Assembly: GCA_964016885.1 (NCBI GenBank)
Contig: OZ024754.1
Location: 22,630,001 to 22,694,000 of the forward strand
Source of the DNA: Eledone cirrhosa
Lineage: Eukaryota
DNA length: 64,000 nt
Direction of reading: 5' to 3'
Shown: positions 25,464-38,864 of the stretch, one piece after another
Position numbering within the stretch: position 1 is the first letter of the stretch
How the letters are laid out: every line of letters begins with the position of its first letter
Made by a program: the position numbers and the translations under genes
Notes under the pieces: model-generated
What the model saw: the letters and a program-made list of their open reading frames with translations, nothing else
What the model was told of the DNA's origin: nothing
Database searches by the model: none

Positions 25464-27861
25464 GTTTAATTGGAGATCGGTGACTAAATCTACACCATAT
25501 AGCCCACCAAGCAGAACATGTAACCTGTGCCTTCTAGAGTCTCACACCATAATATACTCTAGATGCAACCTACTCAATAGGAAATCTGAAATATTTTCTT
25601 CTTGTCCACACAAGATCCTTAGTTCCTTCTACTACTTTAAGCCAGTTAACTAGATAAGCTGGGTATCACTCACTTCTCCTTTATAACTCTGTAGTACTCC
25701 TTCAACTCTTTGACTCCTTAATCCTTCAACCCATCTACGCTCTCCTTGTATGGAGGGAATTCTAACTTCAATTAGTCGAGTATTTGTTCCCTGATGAATA
25801 CTATTGCATCCCAATGGGTGTAACTCCTGGATAATGGAAGGTATAGTATGCGTGAGGTCTTGAATTTACACGCCCCATCCGGCTTGATCCAAAATAATTC
25901 CTATGAGAGTATCTAGCCCAATGTAATGACCCTTCTTGCCGGATGCCTTGCGTATACTGCCCACTCCTCCCATTCGGCAATGACTGTCTCCAACCGCGGA
26001 GATTGATCCCCTACCTATACTTATATATTAGGTTACCGTTTCTCTGCTGTTAAACCTATAGGTTAAGAATTGTTTATAACATACCCCATAATAAATTTAA
26101 TACAGTTGATTATAGTCCTATAAACTTACACTAGGTTAATAACGATTTAATGGCTTTCGTATTATCAGTTTGACTAGTTGGGAGATCTGTTAATAGCGTA
26201 GCTCCTTCCATAGGTCCGATAATATTTATTTGTATATGCAGGAATGTTATTGTTACTCTGGCTAATGTACACGGTGTAGGAATTTGCTATTGGATTTTTG
26301 ATCTCATAGATGAAGCGGTGGAATAGCCTACCTTCCTTTGCCTTAGAAATACAGCTAAATTATACGGTGTAGGAGTTTATTATTATTTTTTCTACGGTCT
26401 GAATTTTTGATTTCATAGATGAAATGGTAGAGTAGTCTCCCTTCCTTAGCCTTAGAAACGTATTTAGTAGTCATAGGGAGCTACCCACTATATGTGCCCT
26501 TTACGCCATCGTTTGGTGCGTATGTGTGTATCGTCATTGTTTATTTTTTGCGGAGCTACATCATATGGTCGCTGTCTTGTTTAGTTAATGAACACATGTA
26601 TGAGTTAATTGACTAACAGTTGCGCTGGGCAGAATTACTGATTCGTTTTGTACACTTGTATATTTTATATCTCATGTGATATTATATTAAATTATATTTT
26701 AAGTTTTTTTGTCTAACCACGTGCTTCATGTGAATAGTCAACAAGCTACTGCTATGTGTATTCATGCAATGCTCGGACACTAATACCCTCGGAACACGGA
26801 ATTAGATGTACATTACTGTGGGTGATTGTGAATAGTATAATACCGCAATCTGGAGCACTAATTATATGAGGATTTCGATTTTAACACCGGCTCATAACAT
26901 ATAGTACTGTAACGGAATATTATGTGTGGTTGTAACGATAAGTGGATGGATGGATATAACTGTTGGTATGGTGGTTTCGATGTAAAGAAAAATACCAGGA
27001 TTGTGTTGTTACAAAGTTTATTTTATTACAACAATATTCAATTTGAATATTGAATGATAAAATAATTGACACAAAATATTCATACAATAATTTGGTGGCT
27101 CTTCGAGCCACGTAAATTCAAGTATCACAGAATACGTTTATAATATGTGTAAATAGAAATGAATGGTGCGTGTACAAATGCTGGACTCACTATGAATGCG
27201 TGTGTGCGGCGTATCAGTATATTTACTTATTTAGGCGTAAACAATCCCTGTATTTATGAGAGTTGAAGTTAGAAGGATAGATATATCCTCTGAACTTTGG
27301 TTAGTCTCCCAAGGGATTAGTTTGCCAAGCGTAAACAAGTCAGAAAGATGGATATATCTTCTGACCTATTTTCTGTCAGGCGTAAACACCTCTGACCTGT
27401 GTTTAGCCTCTCTCAAGAGGTTAGTCTCTTGATCGTAAACAAGTTACCACGGCTTGTCCCAGAGGCGGGAAAGCTCAGATTCGGTTTCGAATCTTCGCTG
27501 CCGTTATAGTGCCCCCTTCCAGTGAGAAAGCTAAGATTGAACGATCTAGGTGTATGTGAAATGATAGGTATGACTAGGTGTGTTGTTGAAGAAAATCAGT
27601 AAAAATAAAAAAACACATGAAAGTCATTTACAAACAGGAGACTTGAAAGAAAACATGCAAAGCAAAAGAAATTTACATGCAGGAAAATGTACTGTGATGT
27701 TACATAAAATTGAAAATGTTCGTACGAAAAGTTTGTTGATTAAACGGAAAAAATGTTCTTTTGTGTGTTCTTTTGATGTGGGTGATGCACAGAGTTAATT
27801 GATTTGTGTGTAGCAATAGTTCATGACCACAGAAATTGGCCGATTCGTTGAAATGTACAAA

Positions 27862-30830
27862 TTAGCCGAAATGTCGACCAGATGCATAATTTGTACTTAC
27901 CCGATAAACTTGTACGTATCGCGTGGGCCATCGGACTGTTCTTCCGGATTTGGTGTGTCGGGGTTGTGCAGAATTTGTCGTGTTTGTGTCGGATAAAGTT
28001 GTGGGTGAGTCTGCTGGGGAAACGGTGGGTACTGGTGGCAATTCCTGTTCTATGAACGCTTTTTTTAAACGATCAATGGAGACGGTATTTCGTTTCCCGT
28101 TCAAGTCGAGGACGAAATACTTAGGGCATTTCTGTATCACCTTATAGGGCCCGGAATACAGCGGACGAAGTTGCGATGGAATACCGTCATTTCTAACGAA
28201 AACATGCGTCCATGTATCGATGTCTTTTGGGCTGAAGGAGACAGATGCGACATCGATGACCGTAAACGGTGCACACATTTTGTAGGGTCTGGAAGTTCTT
28301 GTGGCGAAACAGGAGCAATCATTTGTCCGGTTAGAGTGAGTACGGTGCCATACACCATTTCAACCGGAGAAAGTCCGACTCCCTCCTTAACAGTGGAACG
28401 AATACCAAGAAGAATGAGTGGGAGGTATTCGAACCAGTTAGTGGAGTCTTCGTAAGCCTTGAGAGATGATTTTAGCTGGGGGTGTAAGCGTTCTACCATG
28501 GCGTTAGCGGCAGGGTGATATGCTGTTGTACGGATGTGTTTGCACCCGAGGAGACGAGTCAGCTCGGTAAATAGGTGCGAATCGAACTGACGTCCTCTAT
28601 CCGTAGTGATGGTCGTGGGTGTGCCGAAACGCGAAACCCAGTGAAACACTAGCGTTTTGGCGACAGTTTCCGCAGTAATATCCGTTAGGGGAAAAGCTTC
28701 TGGCCAGCGAGAAAATCGGTCGACACAGGTGAGAAGATGAGTGTAGTTGTGAGAAGGAGGCAAAGGTCCAACGATGTCTATATGCACATGTTGGAACCGT
28801 GCATCAGGTGTTGCGAAAGAACCGATCGGGGCTTTGATGTGCCGGTGAATTTTCGCCTTCTGGCACGCAATGCAGTTCCTAGCCCATTCGCGGGTGTCCT
28901 TGTTGATGTTGGGCCACACAAAGCGGGCAACCATCAGTTTCTGCTTGGCGCGGACGCCAGGATGTGCCAGAGAATGCAGTGCCGAGAAAACGTCGAGTCG
29001 ATGTTTCCGGGGCACGTATGGGCGCTCGTGGCCTGTGGAGATGTCTCACCAAATATAACCCGAAGAAGAGGGAAGCGGGCATTCCTTCAATTTCAAGGAT
29101 GATTTCCGGAGTTGCAGCAGTTCCTTGTCATTCTGTTGATCCGCTGCAATCCTCTAGAGGTCGATAGTGGCAGTGGTGTGGATTGCGTTAAGCTCCATGC
29201 GCGATAGGGCATCAGTTGCTGAGTTGGTGGCACCCTTAATGTACCGAATATCAGTAGTGTACTGAGAAATGAAGTCCAGATGTCGGACCTCCCTGGGTGA
29301 GTGTCGGTCAGGCTTGGCATTGAACGCGTACACTAGTGGTTTGTGGTCGGTGTATATAGAGAACACACGACCTTCTAGCATGTGTCGAAAATGCTTGACA
29401 GCAAGGTATGCTGCCAATAATTCACGACTGAATATGCTGTACTTAGTTTCGGCGGGTTTTAATCGCTTAGAGAAAAAAGATACAGGTCGCCAAATATCGC
29501 CAGAGAGTTGTTGAAGCACACCTCCAACTCCGAAATCGGATGCATCAGTCAATAAACACATTGGGGCGTCAGGTTTGGGGTAACTCAGCATTGTAGCCTC
29601 GGACAACATTTTCTTCAACTCAGCGAAAGTGGTACATTCTTTTTCGCTGAGCTTGATGTTTGCGTTTTTGGTTGTACGCTGCCGCAGCAAATCTGTGAGT
29701 GGTTGGGCTGTCTCTGCACAGTGGGGTATAAATCTTCTGTAGAAGTTTACCAGGCCAAGAAATTCTCGCAGTTTGCGGAGAGATGTAGGTTGTGGAAAAT
29801 CAATGATGGATTTGACTTTCTCCTTAAGTGGGCGAATACCATCTTTGTCAATGATGTGTCCCAGAAAATGAAGGGGCGCAATTCCGAACTCACATTTGCT
29901 GGGGTTGATAACAATTCCGTATTCACGCAAACGTGTGAATAGGAGATCCAGGTGTTTCTCATGTCTTTCATCGGAGCTGCTGGCCACCGGTAAGTCGTCG
30001 ATGTATGCGTATACAAAAGGTAGACCTCTGGTGACTGTATCGATGAATCGCTGGAATGTCTGCGCTGCATTTCGCAAACCGAAAGGCATACGCAAAAATT
30101 CGAACATTCCAAAGGGTGTTGTGACTGCGGTCTTTGGAATATCTGCGGGCTCAACGGGTATCTGATTGTAAGCTCGCACAAGATCGATCTTCGAAAATAT
30201 GCGAGCCCCGTGCAGCGAGCTAGAGAAGTCCTGTAGATGAGGCACTGGATAAGAGTCAGGAACGGTGCAGTTGTTTAGTGCACGGTAGTCGCCACAGATT
30301 CGCCAGTCGTTCGACGACTTCTTGGGTACACAGTGTATGGGTGAGGACCAGTTGCTGCTGGACGGACGTATGATGCCGAGATCCAGCATGTGCTGAAATT
30401 CTTGTTTGACGGACTTCAGCCGGTCTGGTGGTAGCCTTCTAGGTCGTGCAGCGACAGGTGGGCCGTGTGTTTTTATGTGGTGTGTGACGTCATGTTCTAC
30501 AGGGCAAGCGTTGAATAGTGGTCGAGCTACGTCTGGGTATTTGTTGAGGATGTGGTTGTGCCGGGTTGTTGTTGTCGATCGTGAAATGACTGGACTGACT
30601 GTGGCTGTCCTAGCGGCTATGCCGCGCACAGCGAGACCAGTGGAGTTGTCAATGAGTCGTTGGTTTTTCAGATCCACTAGAAGCGAGAAGTGCTGAAGAA
30701 AATCAGCTCCTAAAATAGGGGTCGGCAGCTTAGCCACAACGAATACCCACTGGAAAGTGCGGCGTAGTCCCAAATTTAGTGTCAGGGACTGTTCTCCGAA
30801 GGTCGGAATATGTGAGTGATTCTGGTGAAT
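27862..30830 (-). pseudogene. Gypsy pol (partial PR, RT, RNase H, integrase), frameshifted
   Basis: ILGADFL, DYRALN, FGLRNA, YIDD, TDASD, TDHKPL, HHCC, TDRGRQF and YSGPY motifs, split over several frames. Confidence 0.93.
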
Positions 30831-31590
30831 CTCGAGATGCGCTGGGACTTCTTGAGCGACCACCAAATCGGCGAGTTCGACTGTTGGACCGACGCGTGTC
30901 AGGGTTGCCCAGTGACAAGGCTTGAATTTGTTGCGTCAAGGCCTGTATCTGTGTTGCTTGCTGTGCCAGTAACTGGTGTAGATCGGGCATCTCTGTGGCA
31001 CTGGAGGACTGAAGGAAAGGATTGGTAGAAGGCACGGCTGGCGTCACATTCGCTAAAGTTGAGTACGGATGTGGTACTTCCATGATCTTATCTGCCAGCT
31101 CGGCGAGTTCTTCTATGGTGGTGGACTCCCTGGTGGATGCTAGTACAACTTGTGTGGCAGAAGGTAAACGCTGGAGGAAGAGTTGCTTGAAAATTTCATC
31201 CGGGAGTTTATGTTCACCCAGGAGCTGATTCATTCGCCGTAGGAGTTGCGTCAGCTTTTTATCTCCTAATTCCTCCGATATGAGGAGCTGGTGCAAGCGC
31301 TTCTGCTGCGACTCCGACGTCCGCTTAACTAATGTTCTTTTAAATGTGTCATATGACACAGAGCCGGCTGGTGTTAAAATGAGGTCTCGAACCTCATTCA
31401 TAATCTCCGGAGACATCGAACCGATGAGATGTGTGAGATGGGATGCCTCGTTAACGATCCGGCTCGATGCGAACTGTGCTTTGATGTGCGCGAACCACAG
31501 TGTTGGATCGTGCACCCAGAATGGTGGAATCCTTAATGTCGCCCTGACTGCCATTTCTGCCGTAGATGAATCGTCGTGTGCTAGAGACAT
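30830..31590 (-). pseudogene. Gypsy gag, C-terminally deleted
   Basis: LRIPPFW...WFAHIKAQF...ELGD...LFLQRLP...LAELADKI is a typical Gypsy gag. The zinc knuckle is absent. Confidence 0.85.
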
Positions 31591-32248
31591 CGTTTGTAGT
31601 GGATGATCAGAAGGTTGTGTGTCTGTTTCACGGGGTCACCAGTTGTAACGGAATATTATGTGTGGTTGTAACGATAAATGGATGGATGGATATAACTGTT
31701 GGTATGGTGGTTTCGATGTAAAGAAAAATACCAGGATTGTGTTGTTACAAAGTTTATTTTATTACAACAATATTCAATTTGAATATTGAATGATAAAATA
31801 ATTGACACAAAATATTCATACAATAATTTGGTGGCTCTTCGAGCCACGTAAGTTCAAGTATCACAGAATACGATTATAATATGTGTAAATAGAAATGAAT
31901 GGTGCGTGTACAAATGCTGGACTCACTATGAATGCGTGTGTGCGGCGTATCAGTATATTTACTTATTTAGGCGTAAACAATCCCTGTATTTATGAGAGTT
32001 GAAGTTAGAAGGATAGATATATCCTCTGAACTTTGGTTAGTCTCCCAAGGGATTAGTTTGCCAAGCGTAAACAAGTCAGAAAGATGGATATATCCTCTGA
32101 CCTATTTTCTGTCAGGCGTAAACACCTCTGACCTGTGTTTAGTCTCTCTCAAGAGGTTAGTCTCTTGATCGTAAACAAGTTACCACGGCTTGTCCCAGAG
32201 GCGGGAAAGCTCAGATTCGGTTTCGAATCTTCGCCGCCGTTCTAGTAC

Positions 32249-32834
32249 TTTAGCAGGATGGAATGAAATGTTCACCACTTTAACAGTGTAGTAGGATGAA
32301 TGAAAGGTCGTTAGTTGCCAGTGTGGAAAAATGATAGTATCCTCGTTGGATTGTCTTGTCGACATAGACGTGAGTGAAGGTCCCTCGATCTATTTATCAT
32401 CTTTGTATTTACAATATTCCTTTCGTCAGGTCGCCAACTCCAGCAGCATGGATTATTGATGTTATTGAGACGCGAGTAACATAATGATTTCAACAGCAGA
32501 AATTAGAGATGAAATGTATGTTTATTTTTGATGTAGCACAAACAATGTTTATTAACTTATATGGTTGAAGTTACAGATAAAAAGAGGTTACAAAAGGGAA
32601 TGTGCCATTGTGCCGTTAAGCCGGCGAGGCTAGGGTGCAAAATCTCACCGTTACATTATGCGTGTTGCTGGCTCGAAGTTCCTGGTATAAGAGAGAGATT
32701 CTTCAAATCTTCGCGGGGAATTTCTTCCTCAGGGCGCGTAGGGATACATCCTCTTCTACTGGCGCTGATTGGCTGAACTGAGCCAATTCACGCACAGAGA
32801 ATGTATGTGAGCCCGCGGAATGTAGGTCACTACA
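32249..32834 (-). mobile_element. Solo LTR related to the LTRs of 53862-56708
   Basis: Reverse-complement homolog of 53862-54446 with TGTAG...CTAAA ends, flanked by GTAC at 32245-48 and 32835-38. Confidence 0.88.
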
Positions 32835-34058
32835 GTACCATACGTTATGATACGTACATGTGGATGTATGAACAGGACTGGAATACTATCTATGAAGGAT
32901 ATATATATATATATACATGTGTGTATATATGTTGTGACATTTCGTGAGTTACCATCTACTGACGATATATATATGTTTTTTTTTGTTCCCCTTGCCGGAT
33001 ATGCCTCAAACATTGTTTAAACCATGTATGAACTGTCTGTTATGAATTTTTCGTTGTGAATTGACTGCTTCTGCTTCTTCTCTATACTTACCCTGCTTTG
33101 CTTGTGTTCCTGCTTTTGCCTGTGCTGTACCGATCCTTATGCAAGACTAACACCTCTTATCCGCACAGCTCCACTATCTTATGGTTACCCTAACCGTGCT
33201 GAATATGGAGAATACTAAATCCCCTCTGAATCTTATTGCCATACTTTAAGGGCTACATGGCACTTTATATGACACCCCGGTTGATGCCTAGTCCTAGTGT
33301 AATTTATCTGCGGGATATCCCTACTTTGACAACTGTAATATTTGAGTGCACTGTGGCTCACCCTGTGAAACTATAGGATATAAGACTCTTTGTCATGGCA
33401 AATCATCTGACCAATATCTATTCGACTGTGACCAATGCATGCTTTCTCTCCTTGCGTTTGTGTGCCCTCATATGCATCTATGCCTTCCCCTCTTTCTTGT
33501 TAATTATTTTGTTAAATATATATTTTTTAATTAGTTTTTAATTAGTTTTTTTATTTCGATTTTTTAATTTTTAATTTTTAATTTTTACTTTTTTAATTAT
33601 TTTTAATTGTAAATTTTTAAATTTTTTAAAATATTTTAAATTATTTTTTAATTAAAAAATTTTTTTTTCTTTTAAATTTTTAAATTTTTTCTTTTTTAAT
33701 TATTTAATTATTGTTTAATTAATTATTATTTTTATTTTTTTTTTATTTTTTATTTTTAAATTTATTTTTAAATTTATTTTTAAATTTATTTTTAAATTTA
33801 TTTTTAAATTTATTTTTAAATTATTTTGAGTATTCTTTATTCTTTATCGCCTTGAATGATTCCTTCACATGCATCTATCTCTTGTTTGATTATTTCAGTT
33901 TATTTTATTTTTTCTTATTTTTCCTTACTCTGACTAACAACCCTATTATGTATCATCTCCATTCTCCCTATTATCCTATGATCCTGTACCATATATCTAT
34001 TGTTCTTATGATGTAGGGCGGTAGAGCTTATCTTCATTATTGTGTTTTTGTTTTCAAT

Positions 34059-34103
34059 GCTCTGATGAGTACTGCCCAATGGTATGGATGAAACACTGTC
34101 AGC
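34059..34103 (+). ncRNA. Hammerhead ribozyme motif (family A)
   Basis: gct-CTGATGA-...-GAAA-cactg-TC-agc. The downstream flank is homologous to 25375-25420 inverted. Confidence 0.65.
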
Positions 34104-34149
34104 GAATAAAAATTGATTGATGTTATAAGCGGTCTTTGTTTTCTTTTAC

Positions 34150-35030
<881 letters not shown>

Positions 35031-35045
35031 TTCATTTAATTCTTT

Positions 35046-35431
35046 TCCATTTATCGTTTTCGGTACGCTCGGCCGACTAACTCACTCGATATGCAAATTA
35101 GGCTGCTCAGCCGTTAATATGCATAAGGAAAGTATATACTTTCAAACATTCAATCATCTGACAGAAAGGTATACAATGCTGACGATAGCTAATAAGCTTG
35201 AAACTATTACATCGTTCCTGTGTCAGTGTTGAACAAAAGGGCGACGATGGTTGCCGAACACTGTACGGCGTAATTCGGGCTGTTTGTTTACAAACAACCG
35301 AGCATTATAATAAATCTTCGGTAAACCCATACATACATATATATATGTGTGCATGTATGTATATATATATATATATATATATATACATACTACTGTACGT
35401 CTGTACACATATATGTATCTACGTATACATA

Positions 35432-35432
<1 letters not shown>
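35046..35432 (+). repeat. Diverged single monomer of the 466-bp HHR repeat family
   Basis: Collinear with 40749-41150. HHR CTGACGA-tagctaataagctt-GAAA at about 35172-35216. Confidence 0.85.
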
Positions 35433-35500
<68 letters not shown>

Positions 35501-35900
35501 TATTAACATAACAGATTAAAGTTTAAGCAAAGAATCGCTGCTTTCACCCTTAACGGGATCTTCTGAAACTAACAAAGTCAATCTGTAAACGCAGAACTGG
35601 ATATTTCAAAAAACGTTGCAACCGGAGGAAGACAGGAAGACGATACTTTGGTTCGTGGAAACGTTCGCTGGCAAAGAACGGGGAAAAACGAATAATACGT
35701 CATTAATAGGAGCGGTGAAAAACAATTACACGCAAGGACAGAACCACGTTTATGGTATAAAAGAAGTCGTAGACTAATATTCTCTTAGGTGGTTCATAGA
35801 GACGTTCTCTGGCAATGAACGGACAAAACGAAGATAATACGTCATATGTGGAGCGTGGAGAACAATTGCACGCAAAGACAAAACCACGTAAATGGTATAG

Positions 35901-36413
35901 AACATCACAGCTTCAAATTTAGCTAAACTACCTAGCCGTAGGAACACGTGCAACCCTGTAGTTAGTACTAACTGTAATTGTAGGAATCGGGTTGATTGCC
36001 ACTTATCCGGGAAATGCCTCTCTAGTAACATTGTCTACAAATGTAAGGTTGAAACACCCACGTCCCGTAGGGCCTATATAGGGTTAACCGCCAATAGTTT
36101 CAAGCAGCATCTTTACATGCATACCCATTCTTTTCGTTACCCTCTAATAAGGAATATGACGTCACTCTCAGCTTATATCTGGAGTCTAAAAGACAACCAC
36201 ACCCAATATAATTTACACTGGGAGATCCTAGCTAGGGCTAGATCGTATAACGGAAATAAAAGACCATGTGACCTCTGCGCCGCTAAGGCCCTGGAAATAC
36301 TCTACGCCACAGACCTCATCTTAAACAAAAAATCTGAGGCAATTTCGGCTTGTAAACATAAATTGCACAAAACTTTCCTGTATTACAGCCCCACGTTATA
36401 CCCGAACGGATAG
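35901..36413 (+). pseudogene. PLE GIY-YIG endonuclease domain fragment
   Basis: In-frame upstream extension of ORF 36117-36413 supplies the IVY...AYIG motif. Confidence 0.85.
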
Positions 36414-37357
36414 TACGATCTATACGTGGATATTTTACGTCTTGATGTGGGAGCTAAGTATATGTTTTGTTTATACCATTACTTATTTGCATAGGTAAAT
36501 ATATATTACCTGTATGTTTTGTGAAGGTACGATTACCTTCTCGTACGTATATTTGATTGTATATGTTATGGCGTATAATTTTATATTTTCTGGTACATAT
36601 GGTTTGGTTATGTGTATACGGGTGTTTTGCGTCTGTGTGAGTATGCAGGTTCGTACGTATGTAGGGTGTGTGTATATGTGTACTTCATGTTTTGGTTGAC
36701 TTTCGTCTCCGAACATTTGTGTATTTACATGTAGGTATGTGTGTGTGTTTGTTATATACGTATTTATTTATTTATATACGTTTATTTAATTATTTATTTA
36801 TTTGTATACACGCATACACACACACACATATTTATATGTGCGTGGTTTTGTATACCTATGGTAAGTGGTTTCGCGTATGCTTGTGTATGTACGTATTTGT
36901 ATGCGTGTATGTATTTATTTAATTTCTATTATCTCTGTATTGTATTTATTTACTTTGTTCTTAACTCTGAAGCGGAGATTCATTCGGTCTCCTAGTTAGA
37001 ATTTTAGTCTACGACTTCTGCTATACCATTTACGTGGTTTTGTCTTTGCGTGCAATTGTTCTCCACGCTCCACATATGACGTATTATCTTCGTTTTTTTT
37101 TTTTCGTTCATTGCCAGCGAACTTCTCTATGAACCATCTAAGAGAATATTAGTCTACGACCTCTTTTATACCATAAACGTGGTTCTGTCTTTGCGCGTAA
37201 TTGTTTTTCACCGCTCCTATTAATGACGTATTATATTCGTTTTTTCCCGTTCTTTGCCAGGGAACGTTTCCACGAACCAAAGTATCGTCTTCCTGTCTTC
37301 CCCCGGTTGCAACGTTTTTTGAAATATCCACTTCTGCGTTTACAGATTGACTTTGTT

Positions 37358-37408
37358 AGTTTCAGAAGATCCCGTTAAGGGTGAAAGCAGCGATTCTTTG
37401 CTTAAACT
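37358..37408 (+). ncRNA. Hammerhead-like motif with variant core CAGAAGA (family C; copies at 35520-35570 minus and 42762-42812 plus)
   Basis: agttt-CAGAAGA-tccc/gggt-GAAA-gca..tgc-TT-aaact. Stems I-III all pair. Confidence 0.55.
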
Positions 37409-37515
37409 TTAATCTGTTATTTTAATAAATATTTGCTCTACGGTTCTTATATATTTGATATATATTTATCCTTATCGAGCCCTCTTTGGATTTTAGTCTT
37501 CAAATTTATTATTAT

Positions 37516-38222
<707 letters not shown>

Positions 38223-38383
38223 ATTACTCCAAGATAAACTTACATAGGAATACAAGTGAAGTCATAAACTCGTCACCTACGTAAACCTCTTGTTGAGTCA
38301 AACAACGCCGTACGCTAAAACTATCCATAATAAGAAGTATTCACAACCTCTAATTGGATTATCTATAACGATATTTTGTTATC

Positions 38384-38425
<42 letters not shown>

Positions 38426-38767
38426 GAGAAAGTATGACACCGACGGCAGAGCTCAAGCCGTTTCGGCGGCTATTTCTGAACTGAAATAGCCGTCGAAACG
38501 GCTTCAGCTCTGTGGTCGGGGTCATACTTTCTCCTATTACCCACTCTACTACCCTAAGTATTGAGTACTCTGGTGCGTTATGGTCCATCTGGTTCCTTAC
38601 CACAACTCCTCGTTATATCTACATATATATACACATATATATCTATATAATAACTAGAAATTGATTAACATATAAATAAACATGAATAATCACAGGAGAT
38701 AATTTTTACAAGTGTGTAAGCACAGTGTGCTTACACACTTGTAAAAATTATCTCCTGTGATTATTAT

Positions 38768-38858
<91 letters not shown>

Positions 38859-38864
<6 letters not shown>

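Larger units (their letters stand above)
26908..32244 (-). mobile_element. Ty3/Gypsy LTR retrotransposon, decayed full-length copy
   Basis: 601-bp LTRs at 26908-27508 and 31644-32244, GTAC TSD, PBS TGGTGACCCCG (tRNA-Trp-like, 31631-31641) and PPT GGAAGGGGGC next to 27508. Domain order is gag-PR-RT-RNaseH-IN. Confidence 0.96.
35500..37431 (+). mobile_element. 5'-truncated Penelope-like element with inverted 5' pseudo-LTR
   Basis: 35500-35900 is an inverted copy of 37022-37431. The open frame 35901-36413 encodes a GIY-YIG endonuclease (CNCR..CHLSGKCL..IVY..YIGLT..LSAYIW.LK..WEIL..CDLC..LNKKSE..CKH). Confidence 0.88.
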
